IMG/VR virus record: IMGVR_UViG_3300020048_006428
Coordinates: 183,178 to 247,177 of that record
DNA from: a virus
Taxonomy: Duplodnaviria > Heunggongvirae > Uroviricota > Caudoviricetes
Length of the DNA stretch: 64,000 nucleotides
Direction: 5' to 3' (one strand)
Every line of letters begins with the position of its first letter. Positions within the stretch are counted from its first letter, which is position 1. A program made the position numbers and the translations under genes. This document shows, in pieces, positions 56,542 through 64,000 of the stretch. Below the pieces are notes generated by a model. The model had not been told where the DNA came from, did no database searches, and saw only the letters and a list, made by a program, of their open reading frames with translations.

Positions 56542-57192
56542 TTAACTCAATAAAATACTCCATTGTTCAGCTATTGCATCAGCAATTCCTTGGAAAGTTT
56601 TACTTCTTAAAGTTCTTAAATGACTTGGTGACTTAGATTCTTGTAAACACTTATATATCCAAGTAGCTTGTCTTTTTTCTTTACCTGTTTTTTTATCAAC
56701 CCAAGTTTTAAACTCGCCTTTATCTACTACGTTTGTGTGTTTTAGTTTTGGTAAGTTCTTCAACCATAAACAAGTGCTTTTACTTGCTTTCTCGCCAAAA
56801 TGATATGGATGAACAATTTGATCCGGTTTTCTAATTTTACTACTTATAACACTAATTGGGTTTTCAATAGCAATTCTTTCAATAGGTGCAGCCATAAGTC
56901 TACGAACAAAATCTAAAGCTTCATTTTGATTTTTCATTCTAACTTCATTTACACTTCCATCTTTATTATACATAGCCCAAGCCCCAGCAACACTTAAATA
57001 TGTGCATGGTGGGTGTGCTATCATTAAATCCCAACCTTTATCAATTACTTCAAATACATCTTGTTGATAATGCCATTCAGGATGTCCACCACTACAAGGT
57101 AATAAATCACAACTAAATGCTTCGTGTCCTAATTTTCTAAATGCTTTTGTTATTGCTTGGCTTTCTTCACAAGCTACTAATATTCTTGCCAT
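56542..57192 (-). CDS. protein with C5-cytosine methyltransferase-like catalytic motifs (PC..S.AG, ENx) but no motif I/TRD
   Basis: AHPPCTYLSVAG resembles motif IV GFPCQxFSxAG; IENPISV resembles ENV; higher GC. Confidence 0.3.
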   Translation of the reverse strand: MARILVACEESQAITKAFRKLGHEAFSCDLLPCSGGHPEWHYQQDVFEVIDKGWDLMIAHPPCTYLSVAGAWAMYNKDGSVNEVRMKNQNEALDFVRRLMAAPIERIAIENPISVISSKIRKPDQIVHPYHFGEKASKSTCLWLKNLPKLKHTNVVDKGEFKTWVDKKTGKEKRQATWIYKCLQESKSPSHLRTLRSKTFQGIADAIAEQWSILLS

Positions 57193-57333
57193 TGTCTTTT
57201 ATTTATTATACTTATAATTAAATTTTGGTTTATATTTTGGTTTTATATATTATTTTTTGAACTTAAATATTAATCATAAAGTAGAAAGAAATGGAAAGGA
57301 AGTTATATTTTAAGAAAAAATACTCAAAAAAAT

Positions 57334-58914
57334 TTAATATTTTTTTGAATATTTTTTGCTTCCACAATCATATACTTTCATAAAATCAAGCTCTGACATA
57401 ATAACACTTTCAGTCTTATCTTTATCAAATCCCTTTTCAACCAATAATTTTTTTCTGAAATTAAATCTATGTGTTTTATTTAAATATTTATCATAATACC
57501 AATAATTTACTTCTGTATTATGTATAAATTCAAATCCATTTTTTAAATAAACATTATCAATGAAACTCCAATCTCTATTAGCATATGTTACTAATTCAAT
57601 TGGTTTTATTTCATCTTCAAATCTTTTTAATAATCTAGAAAATGCACCAACTACATTAGTATTTATCTTTGATGCAAATCTATATAATTCATAAACGCCA
57701 TCTTTTCCTTTTGATCCCAATGCTGATCTCAATTTACCAAAAGTCATTAAACTAACCAACTCATCATTATAATATAATCCTATTTTATAACTGGAATTTA
57801 TATGTCCTTGTAAATGATTAGCATCTAAAAAGTCCTTGGCTTCCACATTTTCAACTTTTTTTATAATACACTTTCTTGCCATTATTTTTTCACTTGTTAT
57901 ACCAAGTGCATTCTTTATCCTGGACAATGTTATTTCTTTTTTATATAACCAATTATCTTCCCAAATATGAATAAGATTTATATTTAATTTTTCACAGTTT
58001 TCTTTTTTGTCTAAGTGATACTTCTTTTCTTTGTATAAATCAGAATGCCAATATATACCATTAAATTCAATCGCTATGTTTTTAGATTCAATATATAAAT
58101 CCAATTCTTTTCCATTTAATATTTTTCTGTTTCCCCTTTCAATTTCAAAGTAATCCTTTAGTTCATCATATATTTCATTTTGTGATGTGAATTTATATGA
58201 ACTCAACGGGTTACAATTTAAACAAGGAATAACATTATATCTTAAATGCCTTAACCTTAATAATGGTGTTTTTATATCATATTCATTATTACATCTATCA
58301 CATAGTATTCTAACTTCACCATCTTTTTCAATATTAACTATATTAAGACCAGTATATAGCTCTATTGTTTTATTTTTATATTGATTAAACCTTGTATCTA
58401 AACTTTTTTGTAATAATGTGGAACTTTCACCTGAGTATTCAACGTTGTATTTTTGTAACATTGTATTTTTCTGCTTTTCTAAAATTTCTAAATTCAATGT
58501 AGGCGAAACAAAGCCATACTTTTCAATATTAGTCTTTTTTTGCTTATCCTTAACAAAATCTAATTTTGATGTATGTTCAACACCATATTTTTCTAAAGTA
58601 TTCAATTTCCTATTTTCAATAGCTTTTGGTAATGAATTCTTACAAGCACATTTTTTTGAACAAAATTCATTATATCCGGAACTAAATCCTAAAAACCTTT
58701 GTTCATTAATTGAACATTCTTTACAAAGAGGAATATCTGAAATGTTATTAACATAGTTATAGATAACTTGCGAAAACTTTAAATCATTCTGATTATTAGC
58801 AATTTGAAAATCTTTTAACTTTTTATAAAAAAAAGATAAGTTTTTTTGAACCCATTGTTCTCTTAATTTGTTCTTATTTAAAGAACCCTTGTCGTAAAAA
58901 ATATTTATATCCAT
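57334..58914 (-). CDS. multi-domain protein with Cys-rich N-terminus and DUF559/Vsr-like PD-(D/E)xK endonuclease domain
   Basis: ELDLYIESKNIAIEFNGIYWHSD..NLIHIWEDNW resembles DUF559; several CxxC pairs upstream. Confidence 0.4.
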   Translation of the reverse strand: MDINIFYDKGSLNKNKLREQWVQKNLSFFYKKLKDFQIANNQNDLKFSQVIYNYVNNISDIPLCKECSINEQRFLGFSSGYNEFCSKKCACKNSLPKAIENRKLNTLEKYGVEHTSKLDFVKDKQKKTNIEKYGFVSPTLNLEILEKQKNTMLQKYNVEYSGESSTLLQKSLDTRFNQYKNKTIELYTGLNIVNIEKDGEVRILCDRCNNEYDIKTPLLRLRHLRYNVIPCLNCNPLSSYKFTSQNEIYDELKDYFEIERGNRKILNGKELDLYIESKNIAIEFNGIYWHSDLYKEKKYHLDKKENCEKLNINLIHIWEDNWLYKKEITLSRIKNALGITSEKIMARKCIIKKVENVEAKDFLDANHLQGHINSSYKIGLYYNDELVSLMTFGKLRSALGSKGKDGVYELYRFASKINTNVVGAFSRLLKRFEDEIKPIELVTYANRDWSFIDNVYLKNGFEFIHNTEVNYWYYDKYLNKTHRFNFRKKLLVEKGFDKDKTESVIMSELDFMKVYDCGSKKYSKKY

Positions 58915-59126
58915 TATAATTATATATATATATATTCAATATTCATTTGTTCTTCGTCTTAAATCTTATAATAAATTAAAATTTTTTGAACTTTTTGGTT
59001 ATGTTTTTGGTTTTAATATAAAGTGTCAATAAATTGTCAATCTCAACAAATTCTAGTCGGTAGATTTGATAGGTTTCAATGCCTATATTTGTTCCAATCG
59101 TTTTATTAAAAATTAAAAAAAACTAC

Positions 59127-60296
59127 ATGACAAATTTTATTGATCTTAAGAATGTAACAGATTTTTCCACAATGCCTAAGCAAATTCGTGAACGTTTGGA
59201 TTTACTTACTCCTCGTGAACGTAAATACTTTATGACAATGTGGCCGAAATCCGGTGTAATGTTTATATCTTCTAAACCAGGTATCGCAAAATCTGCAATA
59301 TCTCGTTCAATCGCAGAGAAAATGGGTTTCCGTTATATGGACATTCGTCTTTCTATGGTTGATGAAACAGATGTTGGACTTTACCCAAATGTATCCACAG
59401 TTATGTGTGATGGTGAAAGTGTTAAATGTTTGGACTTCGTTGTTCCACGTTGGGCAATCGAAGCAAACAAACAACCAACAATTATTCACTTTGAAGAGTT
59501 GAATAGAGCACAGTTGGCAGTTAGAAATGCTGCTCTGCAAATCCTACTTGAACGTTGCATTGGGGTTGATTTCAAATTCAACGACACTGTATTGATGATG
59601 GCATCGGGAAATCTTGGTGACGAAGATGGTGCGGATGTTGAAGAATTTGATAGTGCTTTGAACAACCGTTTGATTCACTTCAGCCACACATTGGGTGCGG
59701 ATGAATGGATTGAGAATTATGCTAAGGTAAATTGTCACCCATCAGTTGTTTCTTACATCAAAGCATATCCAGAAAAGTTGTATCAAGCACCGAATGAAAA
59801 TTCAAAGGCTTATGCTACACCACGTTCTTGGACATTCATTAGTGATTTCATCACTAAGAACTTTGGTAAGGAATCTTCACCGCGTGAATTTATCACTTCT
59901 TTACAAGAAGTAGCGCATGGTTATATTGGTAATGGCGCACAAAGATTTTTACAATACCTACAAGAAATGATTAACATCACAATTGATGACATCATCAATC
60001 GTTATGATAAAGTTGAAAATGAATTGGATAAATACAATCGTGACAAAAATTCTGAGCTTATTCAATCTTTGAAAGAATATGACATTAGAAAGTTTACTGA
60101 AAAGCAGCTTGATAATATCACTAAGTTCTTGAAGAGAGTTGGTGATGATGAATTGACAGCTTATTTGCTACACGTATTGGACAGTAATTCTGATATTAGT
60201 GATGTTAAAAGCAAGAAATTTTTGAGTAACTTCAAAGATGTATTGGTTAATATCAGACGTATCAATAAGCCTGTTAAGAAAGAAGAAACTAAGTAA
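59127..60296 (+). CDS. AAA+ ATPase (MoxR/AAA_5-like)
   Basis: Walker A SSKPGIAKSA, Walker B IIHFEELNRA, sensor NAALQILLER; higher GC. Confidence 0.5.
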   Translation: MTNFIDLKNVTDFSTMPKQIRERLDLLTPRERKYFMTMWPKSGVMFISSKPGIAKSAISRSIAEKMGFRYMDIRLSMVDETDVGLYPNVSTVMCDGESVKCLDFVVPRWAIEANKQPTIIHFEELNRAQLAVRNAALQILLERCIGVDFKFNDTVLMMASGNLGDEDGADVEEFDSALNNRLIHFSHTLGADEWIENYAKVNCHPSVVSYIKAYPEKLYQAPNENSKAYATPRSWTFISDFITKNFGKESSPREFITSLQEVAHGYIGNGAQRFLQYLQEMINITIDDIINRYDKVENELDKYNRDKNSELIQSLKEYDIRKFTEKQLDNITKFLKRVGDDELTAYLLHVLDSNSDISDVKSKKFLSNFKDVLVNIRRINKPVKKEETK

Positions 60297-60300
60297 AAAG

Positions 60301-60341
60301 TAGCCATCTTTTCTAAAAAGGGAAGATGGCTAAACTTTTTT
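60301..60341 (+). terminator. terminator hairpin
   Basis: tagccatcttttctaaaaagggaagatggcta + T-run. Confidence 0.6.
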
Positions 60342-60362
60342 GAAAAAGTTTATATAAAAGCT

Positions 60363-60569
60363 ATGAAAATAATATTTAAGTTAAAAAATGAATTAGGTGA
60401 GTTTGTTTCTGATGAAATGAATGTAAACGAAGAACAATATAGAACTATTTTAGAAATGTCTAAGACCTTCTATATGAGTGGCTATGAAATGCCGTTAGTT
60501 AATGGATTTTTAGTGGCACCACCTGAAATTCTAAAAAAATCAATATTAATAATTGAAATAATTGAATAG
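60363..60569 (+). CDS. small hypothetical protein
   Basis: ORF. Confidence 0.3.
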   Translation: MKIIFKLKNELGEFVSDEMNVNEEQYRTILEMSKTFYMSGYEMPLVNGFLVAPPEILKKSILIIEIIE

Positions 60570-60571
60570 GT

Positions 60572-61222
60572 ATGGAATTGAAAGAAAAGTTTAAGAAATT
60601 TGGGGGTGATTTTATACCAGATATAATTGAATATATAAAATCATTTATAGAAAAAAATCCAAGTGTTACAATTAGCGTTGGTTGTGATTCTATTCAGAAA
60701 AAGAAAAGAACTGTTTATGCAGTTGCAATTATGTTGTATAACACTGATATTAAAAGCGGTGCTCACGTTGTTTTCTTTAGAGAATCAATTACTAAAGTAA
60801 AAGACAATTTTGAAAGATTACAAAAAGAATCACAATATGTTTTGGAAATTGGGGAATTTTTAAACAAAGAATTAGAAGATTTTTATAATAGAAATGATTT
60901 GTCTATTCAAGAAAGAAAAAGATATAAATATCACTTAGCTAAGTGTAGGGGCGAATATTTAAATACAAATGACGAAACATCATCAATTAGATGTATGTTG
61001 CTAACAGAAAACGAAAAAGTATGTCAATATAAACTTGTTGATTTACACCTGGACTTCAATCCATTTGAAGGTAAAATGGATAATAGGGGTTATGCGAGAA
61101 ACAGATCTCACTTATCTTATAAAACTTATGTTCCTTGGTTAAGGGGAATGGGTTATAGAGTTTGGGTTAAGCCATTAAGTTTTTCCGCATCATGTGCCGC
61201 AGATTTATTGGTACAAGATTAA
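60572..61222 (+). CDS. hypothetical protein (possibly RNase H-like fold)
   Basis: ISVGCDS..YAVAIMLYN..GAHVVF; weak. Confidence 0.3.
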   Translation: MELKEKFKKFGGDFIPDIIEYIKSFIEKNPSVTISVGCDSIQKKKRTVYAVAIMLYNTDIKSGAHVVFFRESITKVKDNFERLQKESQYVLEIGEFLNKELEDFYNRNDLSIQERKRYKYHLAKCRGEYLNTNDETSSIRCMLLTENEKVCQYKLVDLHLDFNPFEGKMDNRGYARNRSHLSYKTYVPWLRGMGYRVWVKPLSFSASCAADLLVQD

Positions 61223-61287
61223 AAACTCGGATATGAAAGTATATTTAGATGGTAGATTGGGATGTCTTGGTAAAAAATTAAAATTGA

Positions 61288-61312
61288 ATATAACGGTTAC
61301 AGATATATGTAG
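61288..61312 (+). promoter_or_regulatory. TAACGGTTACAGATATATGTAG motif (copy 7)
   Basis: before ATG 61348 with shared UTR. Confidence 0.5.
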
Positions 61313-61347
61313 TTTTTTCTTAAATTGAAATAATAAACTTAAATAAT

Positions 61348-61569
61348 ATGGAAGAAGTAAATAAGAACACAGAACTTGATAACACAGATAAAAAATTACA
61401 TATATCTGGTGTTAGTTGTCGTTTTTGTGGAAGTTCTAATTTTGATGAATGTTATATTGACACATTTAAAATACATTCACCACGATTCGATTATGACGTA
61501 GAAAGGAGAATTGAAAAAACATTCAAAATTAGAATATGTGAGTGTGGTGTTATTGTTAAAAAAAAATGA
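61348..61569 (+). CDS. Cys-rich small protein, paralogue of 10096
   Basis: MEEVNKNTELDNTDKKLHISGVSCRFCGSSNFDEC. Confidence 0.45.
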   Translation: MEEVNKNTELDNTDKKLHISGVSCRFCGSSNFDECYIDTFKIHSPRFDYDVERRIEKTFKIRICECGVIVKKK

Positions 61570-61571
61570 CA

Positions 61572-61595
61572 ACTAACGGTTGGGAATATATTTAG
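61572..61595 (+). promoter_or_regulatory. TAACGGTTGGGAATATATTTAG motif (copy 8)
   Basis: followed by ttttttaacacaaaacttaaatagaatg. Confidence 0.5.
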
Positions 61596-61625
61596 TATTA
61601 TTTTTTAACACAAAACTTAAATAGA

Positions 61626-61781
61626 ATGAAAGAAGAAATTTTAGAAACAAAACGTAGATTGTATTTGTTATTAATGAAATTAGATGAAGATACAATAACT
61701 GATAATGAAGTAGAAATAATGTTCTTATTATCAAAAGACGAACAAATACAAACGTTATTTGAAAACGCAAAGAAAAAATAA
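61626..61781 (+). CDS. small hypothetical protein (51 aa)
   Basis: MKEEILETKRRLYLLLMKLDEDTITDNEVEIMFLL..; below track cutoff. Confidence 0.3.
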   Translation: MKEEILETKRRLYLLLMKLDEDTITDNEVEIMFLLSKDEQIQTLFENAKKK

Positions 61782-61821
61782 TATTGAATATATTCTTTGT
61801 TATGTTCTCGTTTTAATGGAA

Positions 61822-61846
61822 CATAACGATACTCAGATATATGTAG
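61822..61846 (+). promoter_or_regulatory. TAACGATACTCAGATATATGTAG motif (copy 9)
   Basis: followed by ttttaacacaaaatttaataaaatgg. Confidence 0.5.
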
Positions 61847-61868
61847 TTTTAACACAAAATTTAATAAA

Positions 61869-62030
61869 ATGGAAGAAGAAGATGAAAATTTAGAACAAAA
61901 CTTAGATAAGAGTAATGAAAAATTACATATATCTGATGTTAGTTGTAGTTATATTGATTTAATAGGTGATGTGGCTTTAATTAAACGAGAAAAGGATAGA
62001 AAATGGGCTGAACGTAATGAGTTAGAATAA
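61869..62030 (+). CDS. small protein (53 aa) of the ..KLHISDVSC family
   Basis: MEEEDENLEQNLDKSNEKLHISDVSCSY. Confidence 0.35.
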   Translation: MEEEDENLEQNLDKSNEKLHISDVSCSYIDLIGDVALIKREKDRKWAERNELE

Positions 62031-62033
62031 TTA

Positions 62034-62086
62034 CAACTAACGTCCGATGATAAACAATCGTTTTAATGTTGTTTATCATTTGTTAG
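62034..62086 (+). repeat. CTAACG + hairpin element, copy 3 of 4
   Basis: caactaacgtccgatgataaacaatcgttttaatgttgtttatcatttgtta. Confidence 0.6.
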
Positions 62087-62125
62087 GTTTAGTTAAATTA
62101 TTGTTTTACAAATAAAATATAGAAT

Positions 62126-62320
62126 ATGAAAATAGGAAAGAATTATCAAACAGGTTTATCAGAAAGTCATAGACCAGATTTACAACCAAATGGAAAGGTA
62201 GTAAGGTGTGTTGAAGATAAAGGTAATGGTTATTTAGTTGTTAAAACTGATGAAAATGTAGAACCTAACATTTGGTTGACTCATGAAAAACATTTAACAG
62301 AAATAAAAACAATAATTTAA
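62126..62320 (+). CDS. small hypothetical protein
   Basis: ORF. Confidence 0.35.
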   Translation: MKIGKNYQTGLSESHRPDLQPNGKVVRCVEDKGNGYLVVKTDENVEPNIWLTHEKHLTEIKTII

Positions 62321-62326
62321 TTGAAC

Positions 62327-62377
62327 CTAACGGTTGATGATAAACAATCGTTTTAATGTTGTTTATCATTTGTTATG
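62327..62377 (+). repeat. CTAACGG + hairpin element, copy 4 of 4
   Basis: ctaacggttgatgataaacaatcgttttaatgttgtttatcatttgttat. Confidence 0.6.
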
Positions 62378-62435
62378 TGTAGTAATTTTGTGGGTGGATT
62401 TATTAATCTAAACTATTTATATATAAAGAAATAAT

Positions 62436-62822
62436 ATGTCAAAGGAAATGAGAGAACAAATTAATAACTGGAAACAATTCTTGAATGAGGGTAAAAAAAT
62501 AGATTTATCAAAAAAGTATAATAATGTCATATTTTCTGATGATTTCTACAATCAAGAAGAAAATATGGTAAATTATAGAAAAAAACTTTATTTGAGTAAA
62601 ATAGATGAATTTATTAATTTCTATAAAAAATATCAACCAAAAGGTATAAGGGTTATTGGCGGTCAAGATGTTTATGAAGAAAGTAAATCTATTTTTGATA
62701 AAATTATAAATGGTGAAATCTATATTGATGATGTTTTCAACAATCCTGATAATCCATTAAGAAATGTTGTAATGTTATTACATATTGATGAGCCGAAATT
62801 AAATAAAAGAATGGGTGGGTAA
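62436..62822 (+). CDS. hypothetical protein (MSKEMREQINNWKQFLNEG), full-length paralogue of 11380 remnant
   Basis: ORF. Confidence 0.4.
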   Translation: MSKEMREQINNWKQFLNEGKKIDLSKKYNNVIFSDDFYNQEENMVNYRKKLYLSKIDEFINFYKKYQPKGIRVIGGQDVYEESKSIFDKIINGEIYIDDVFNNPDNPLRNVVMLLHIDEPKLNKRMGG

Positions 62823-62835
62823 AAAATTATTACAC

Positions 62836-62858
62836 ATAACGGTTGCAAATATGAGAAG
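62836..62858 (+). promoter_or_regulatory. TAACGGTTGCAAATATGAGAAG motif variant (copy 10)
   Basis: cataacggttgcaaatatgagaag. Confidence 0.35.
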
Positions 62859-62955
62859 TAAATCTTTTCATTAAAAAATAGACAAAGTAAGATTTATTTC
62901 TTATATTTGTTGTTATAAGTATGTATTATTTTTGTTTAACAATTAAAAAAAAATT

Positions 62956-63141
62956 ATGAAAGATTATTTAAAAGATATTGATGAATCAATATTAGATGCT
63001 AAAGGAATAGAAAAAATTCAATCATTTGTTCAGAACGAATTACCACCAAGAATTGTCGTTATTTATATAGATGACTCAGTTAAAACAATTGATGGTGAGG
63101 AAAGTATATTGAATTTTATTGAAGAACTCAAACAAAAATAA
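62956..63141 (+). CDS. small hypothetical protein
   Basis: ORF. Confidence 0.3.
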   Translation: MKDYLKDIDESILDAKGIEKIQSFVQNELPPRIVVIYIDDSVKTIDGEESILNFIEELKQK

Positions 63142-63148
63142 TATTACT

Positions 63149-63172
63149 TATAACGGTTGCAAATATATTTAG
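63149..63172 (+). promoter_or_regulatory. TAACGGTTGCAAATATATTTAG motif (copy 11)
   Basis: before ATG 63197. Confidence 0.5.
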
Positions 63173-63196
63173 TAATTTTTTTAAAACAAAATTAAT

Positions 63197-63349
63197 ATGA
63201 AAAAATGGTTAATTGAATTAATACTGGTGTTAGTTATCATATTTCTACTAACATTATCAGTAAAATGTTTTGGTTTTCAAAATACTGTAATATGCACTTT
63301 ATCGGTGCTAATTAGTAGAAATATGATTTTATGGAACAAAATAAAATAA
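63197..63349 (+). CDS. small hydrophobic protein (50 aa, one TM)
   Basis: MKKWLIELILVLVIIFLLTLSVKCF. Confidence 0.3.
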   Translation: MKKWLIELILVLVIIFLLTLSVKCFGFQNTVICTLSVLISRNMILWNKIK

Positions 63350-63413
63350 AATTATTAAATATATTTGTTGTTATATTTAGTTAAAAAATTATTACAAATA
63401 AAAAATAAAAAAC

Positions 63414-63575
63414 ATGGAAAACTTAGAAAAATTAAAAAGAGCTATATTAGATGTATCTCATTGGGAAGATTTTATAACAATAGAAGAAAGTAAATTAGCA
63501 ATACCTTATTCTGAACTTAATCGAATAGTTATAAATAGAATAATGTTTTTATATAAAATCGAAATAATTTTTTAA
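63414..63575 (+). CDS. small hypothetical protein (53 aa)
   Basis: MENLEKLKRAILDVSHWEDF.. Confidence 0.25.
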   Translation: MENLEKLKRAILDVSHWEDFITIEESKLAIPYSELNRIVINRIMFLYKIEIIF

Positions 63576-63580
63576 TTGAA

Positions 63581-63605
63581 TATAACGGTTTGCAGCTATA
63601 TTTAG
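63581..63605 (+). promoter_or_regulatory. TAACGGTTTGCAGCTATATTTAG motif (copy 12), identical to 13062-13086
   Basis: start of duplicated segment B. Confidence 0.5.
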
Positions 63606-63659
63606 TTGCGGACTTAGAAGCACAAAACTTGAATTATTCACAAAATTAAATTAAAAGAC

Positions 63660-63881
63660 ATGAACTCAAATGAACCACAGACCCCGCAATTGAATATAGG
63701 TGCTGTTATGTGTGCGTTGCCTTGTCCTTTTTGTGGCTCGGATACTGAAATTGAAACGACAACTTTTGGTGATAACATGACTGATTATTATAGAGTAAAC
63801 TGTAAACAAAAAGGACACTCACTTGATTGGTGGGAAGAAGATAAAAATGAAGCTATTGCTGTTTGGAACGAGAGGCAATGA
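63660..63881 (+). CDS. Lar-family-like zinc-ribbon protein, copy B
   Basis: MNSNEPQTPQLNIGAVMCALPCPFCGSDTEIETTTFGDNMTDYYRVNCKQKGHSLDWWEEDKNEAIAVWNERQ. Confidence 0.45.
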   Translation: MNSNEPQTPQLNIGAVMCALPCPFCGSDTEIETTTFGDNMTDYYRVNCKQKGHSLDWWEEDKNEAIAVWNERQ

Positions 63882-63947
63882 CACATAACTAGAATATATC
63901 AACACCTATTTTAAAACCTCAAATAATCAATGATTTAAGAGGTAAAA

Positions 63948-64000
63948 ATGGGAAACTATTACGAAATTCAAAACAAAAACTGAAATGATAAAAACAATCC
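63948..64000 (+). pseudogene. start of a second tyrosine-recombinase-like gene, disrupted (in-frame TGA after 11 codons) and cut by window end
   Basis: atgggaaactattacgaaattcaaaac.. parallels integrase start MKKTDYYEICNQ at 13423 in same position relative to Lar-like gene. Confidence 0.3.

Larger units (their letters stand above)
63581..63911 (+). repeat. segment B of ~330-bp duplication (see 13062-13392)
   Basis: near-identical including Lar-like ORF and flanks. Confidence 0.7.

Noticed and set aside
4678-59738. Other antisense mini-ORFs from the track (4678..4875, 11054..11236, 11722..11922, 11990..12259, 13083..13367, 13800..13988, 24662..24895, 24892..25077, 25653..25874, 26667..26987, 35039..35242, 40323..40574, 40755..40937, 40922..41110, 45689..45952, 47985..48194, 48361..48600, 50096..50347, 51369..51683, 51460..51798, 53715..54113, 58187..58384, 58418..58756, 59307..59540, 59544..59738, 61573..61770, 61598..61855)
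   Set aside because: Each overlaps, on the opposite strand or out of frame, a longer ORF with recognisable motifs or paralogues. Their translations are F/L/I/S-rich in a way typical of reverse-complement AT-rich coding sequence.
1-64000. Eukaryotic giant virus (Mimiviridae-like) origin
   Set aside because: I considered this because of the T5orf172, HARE-HTH, DUF559, M16 peptidase, repeat proteins and ~25% GC. I rejected it because of the ATGA-coupled operons, Bacteroidota TTTG/TAnnTTTG promoters, a Bacteroidota-type signal peptide, tRNAs with encoded CCA, SmpB and bS1 (bacterial translation factors), and no AAAATTGA-type mimivirus early promoter.
1-64000. Alternative genetic code (TAG or TGA recoding as in Lak or crAss-like megaphages)
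   Set aside because: Long intact ORFs (4.4 kb, 3.2 kb and many 1-1.7 kb) appear under the standard code; TGA and TAA are used as stops at tightly coupled junctions; no suppressor tRNA (anticodon CTA, TCA or TTA) is in the tRNA cluster. I cannot exclude recoding elsewhere in the genome.
1-64000. CRISPR arrays
   Set aside because: No regularly spaced direct repeats with unique spacers seen. The repeated elements present are irregularly spaced promoter-like motifs, hairpins and gene-module duplications.

Overview
The window is AT-rich (roughly 25% GC by eye) and densely coding, mostly on the + strand. It looks like part of a large dsDNA bacteriophage genome (jumbo-phage-like), not a cellular chromosome. 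One long minus-strand operon (14.3-24.1 kb) encodes a ribosomal protein S1 homologue and two giant N/Y-rich proteins of 1452 and 1064 aa, probably virion or tail proteins.

I can recognise the following from motifs:
- three Rnl2-type RNA ligases (KxDGxN/KxNGxN) and a T4-Pnk-like P-loop kinase
- a Nudix hydrolase and a thioredoxin (WCGPC)
- a full-length SmpB and an adenylylsulfate (APS) kinase with about 55% identity to E. coli CysC by eye, next to an NMNAT-like nucleotidyltransferase (GRYQPYHYGH)
- an Eco57I-type N6-adenine methyltransferase (DLANGTG, NPPF)
- an ECF-like sigma-70 factor, an SPFH/band-7 protein, M16- and M42-type metallopeptidases and a GNAT acetyltransferase
- a MoxR-like AAA+ ATPase, an SF2 DEAH helicase and an Mrr-cat-like nuclease
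- GIY-YIG, T5orf172 and DUF559-type homing-endonuclease-like genes, and a TnpB C-terminal remnant
- a small tyrosine recombinase with all catalytic residues
- a cluster of about 10 tRNA genes (32.8-33.9 kb), some with encoded CCA.

The host is probably a Bacteroidota species, because several genes carry TTTG-N19-21-TAnnTTTG sigmaA-type promoters, there are no Shine-Dalgarno sequences, and genes are packed with ATGA overlaps. Two further conserved upstream motif classes recur: TAACGGTT-N5-ATATATTTAG (12 copies in two gene islands) and TTAATATATACTAAAAA.

The features I consider most interesting are:
- a translation and tRNA-repair toolkit (tRNAs, SmpB, bS1, four RNA ligases, a Pnk-like kinase)
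- two diverged copies of a multi-gene island, each ending in a Lar-like zinc-ribbon gene followed by a tyrosine recombinase (9.7-14.2 kb and 61.2-64 kb)
- a family of small proteins sharing an N-terminal leader of the form M-K-x-[IL]-K-x-[FQ]-N-E, which resembles a capsid-targeting or propeptide signal
- a tandem mosaic array of four paralogous mini-genes with 215-nt near-identical modules
- an APS kinase / nucleotidyltransferase / nuclease / helicase cluster
- a higher-GC compositional island at 51.4-60.3 kb.

Every functional call is inferred from sequence motifs read by eye. I ran no database searches.
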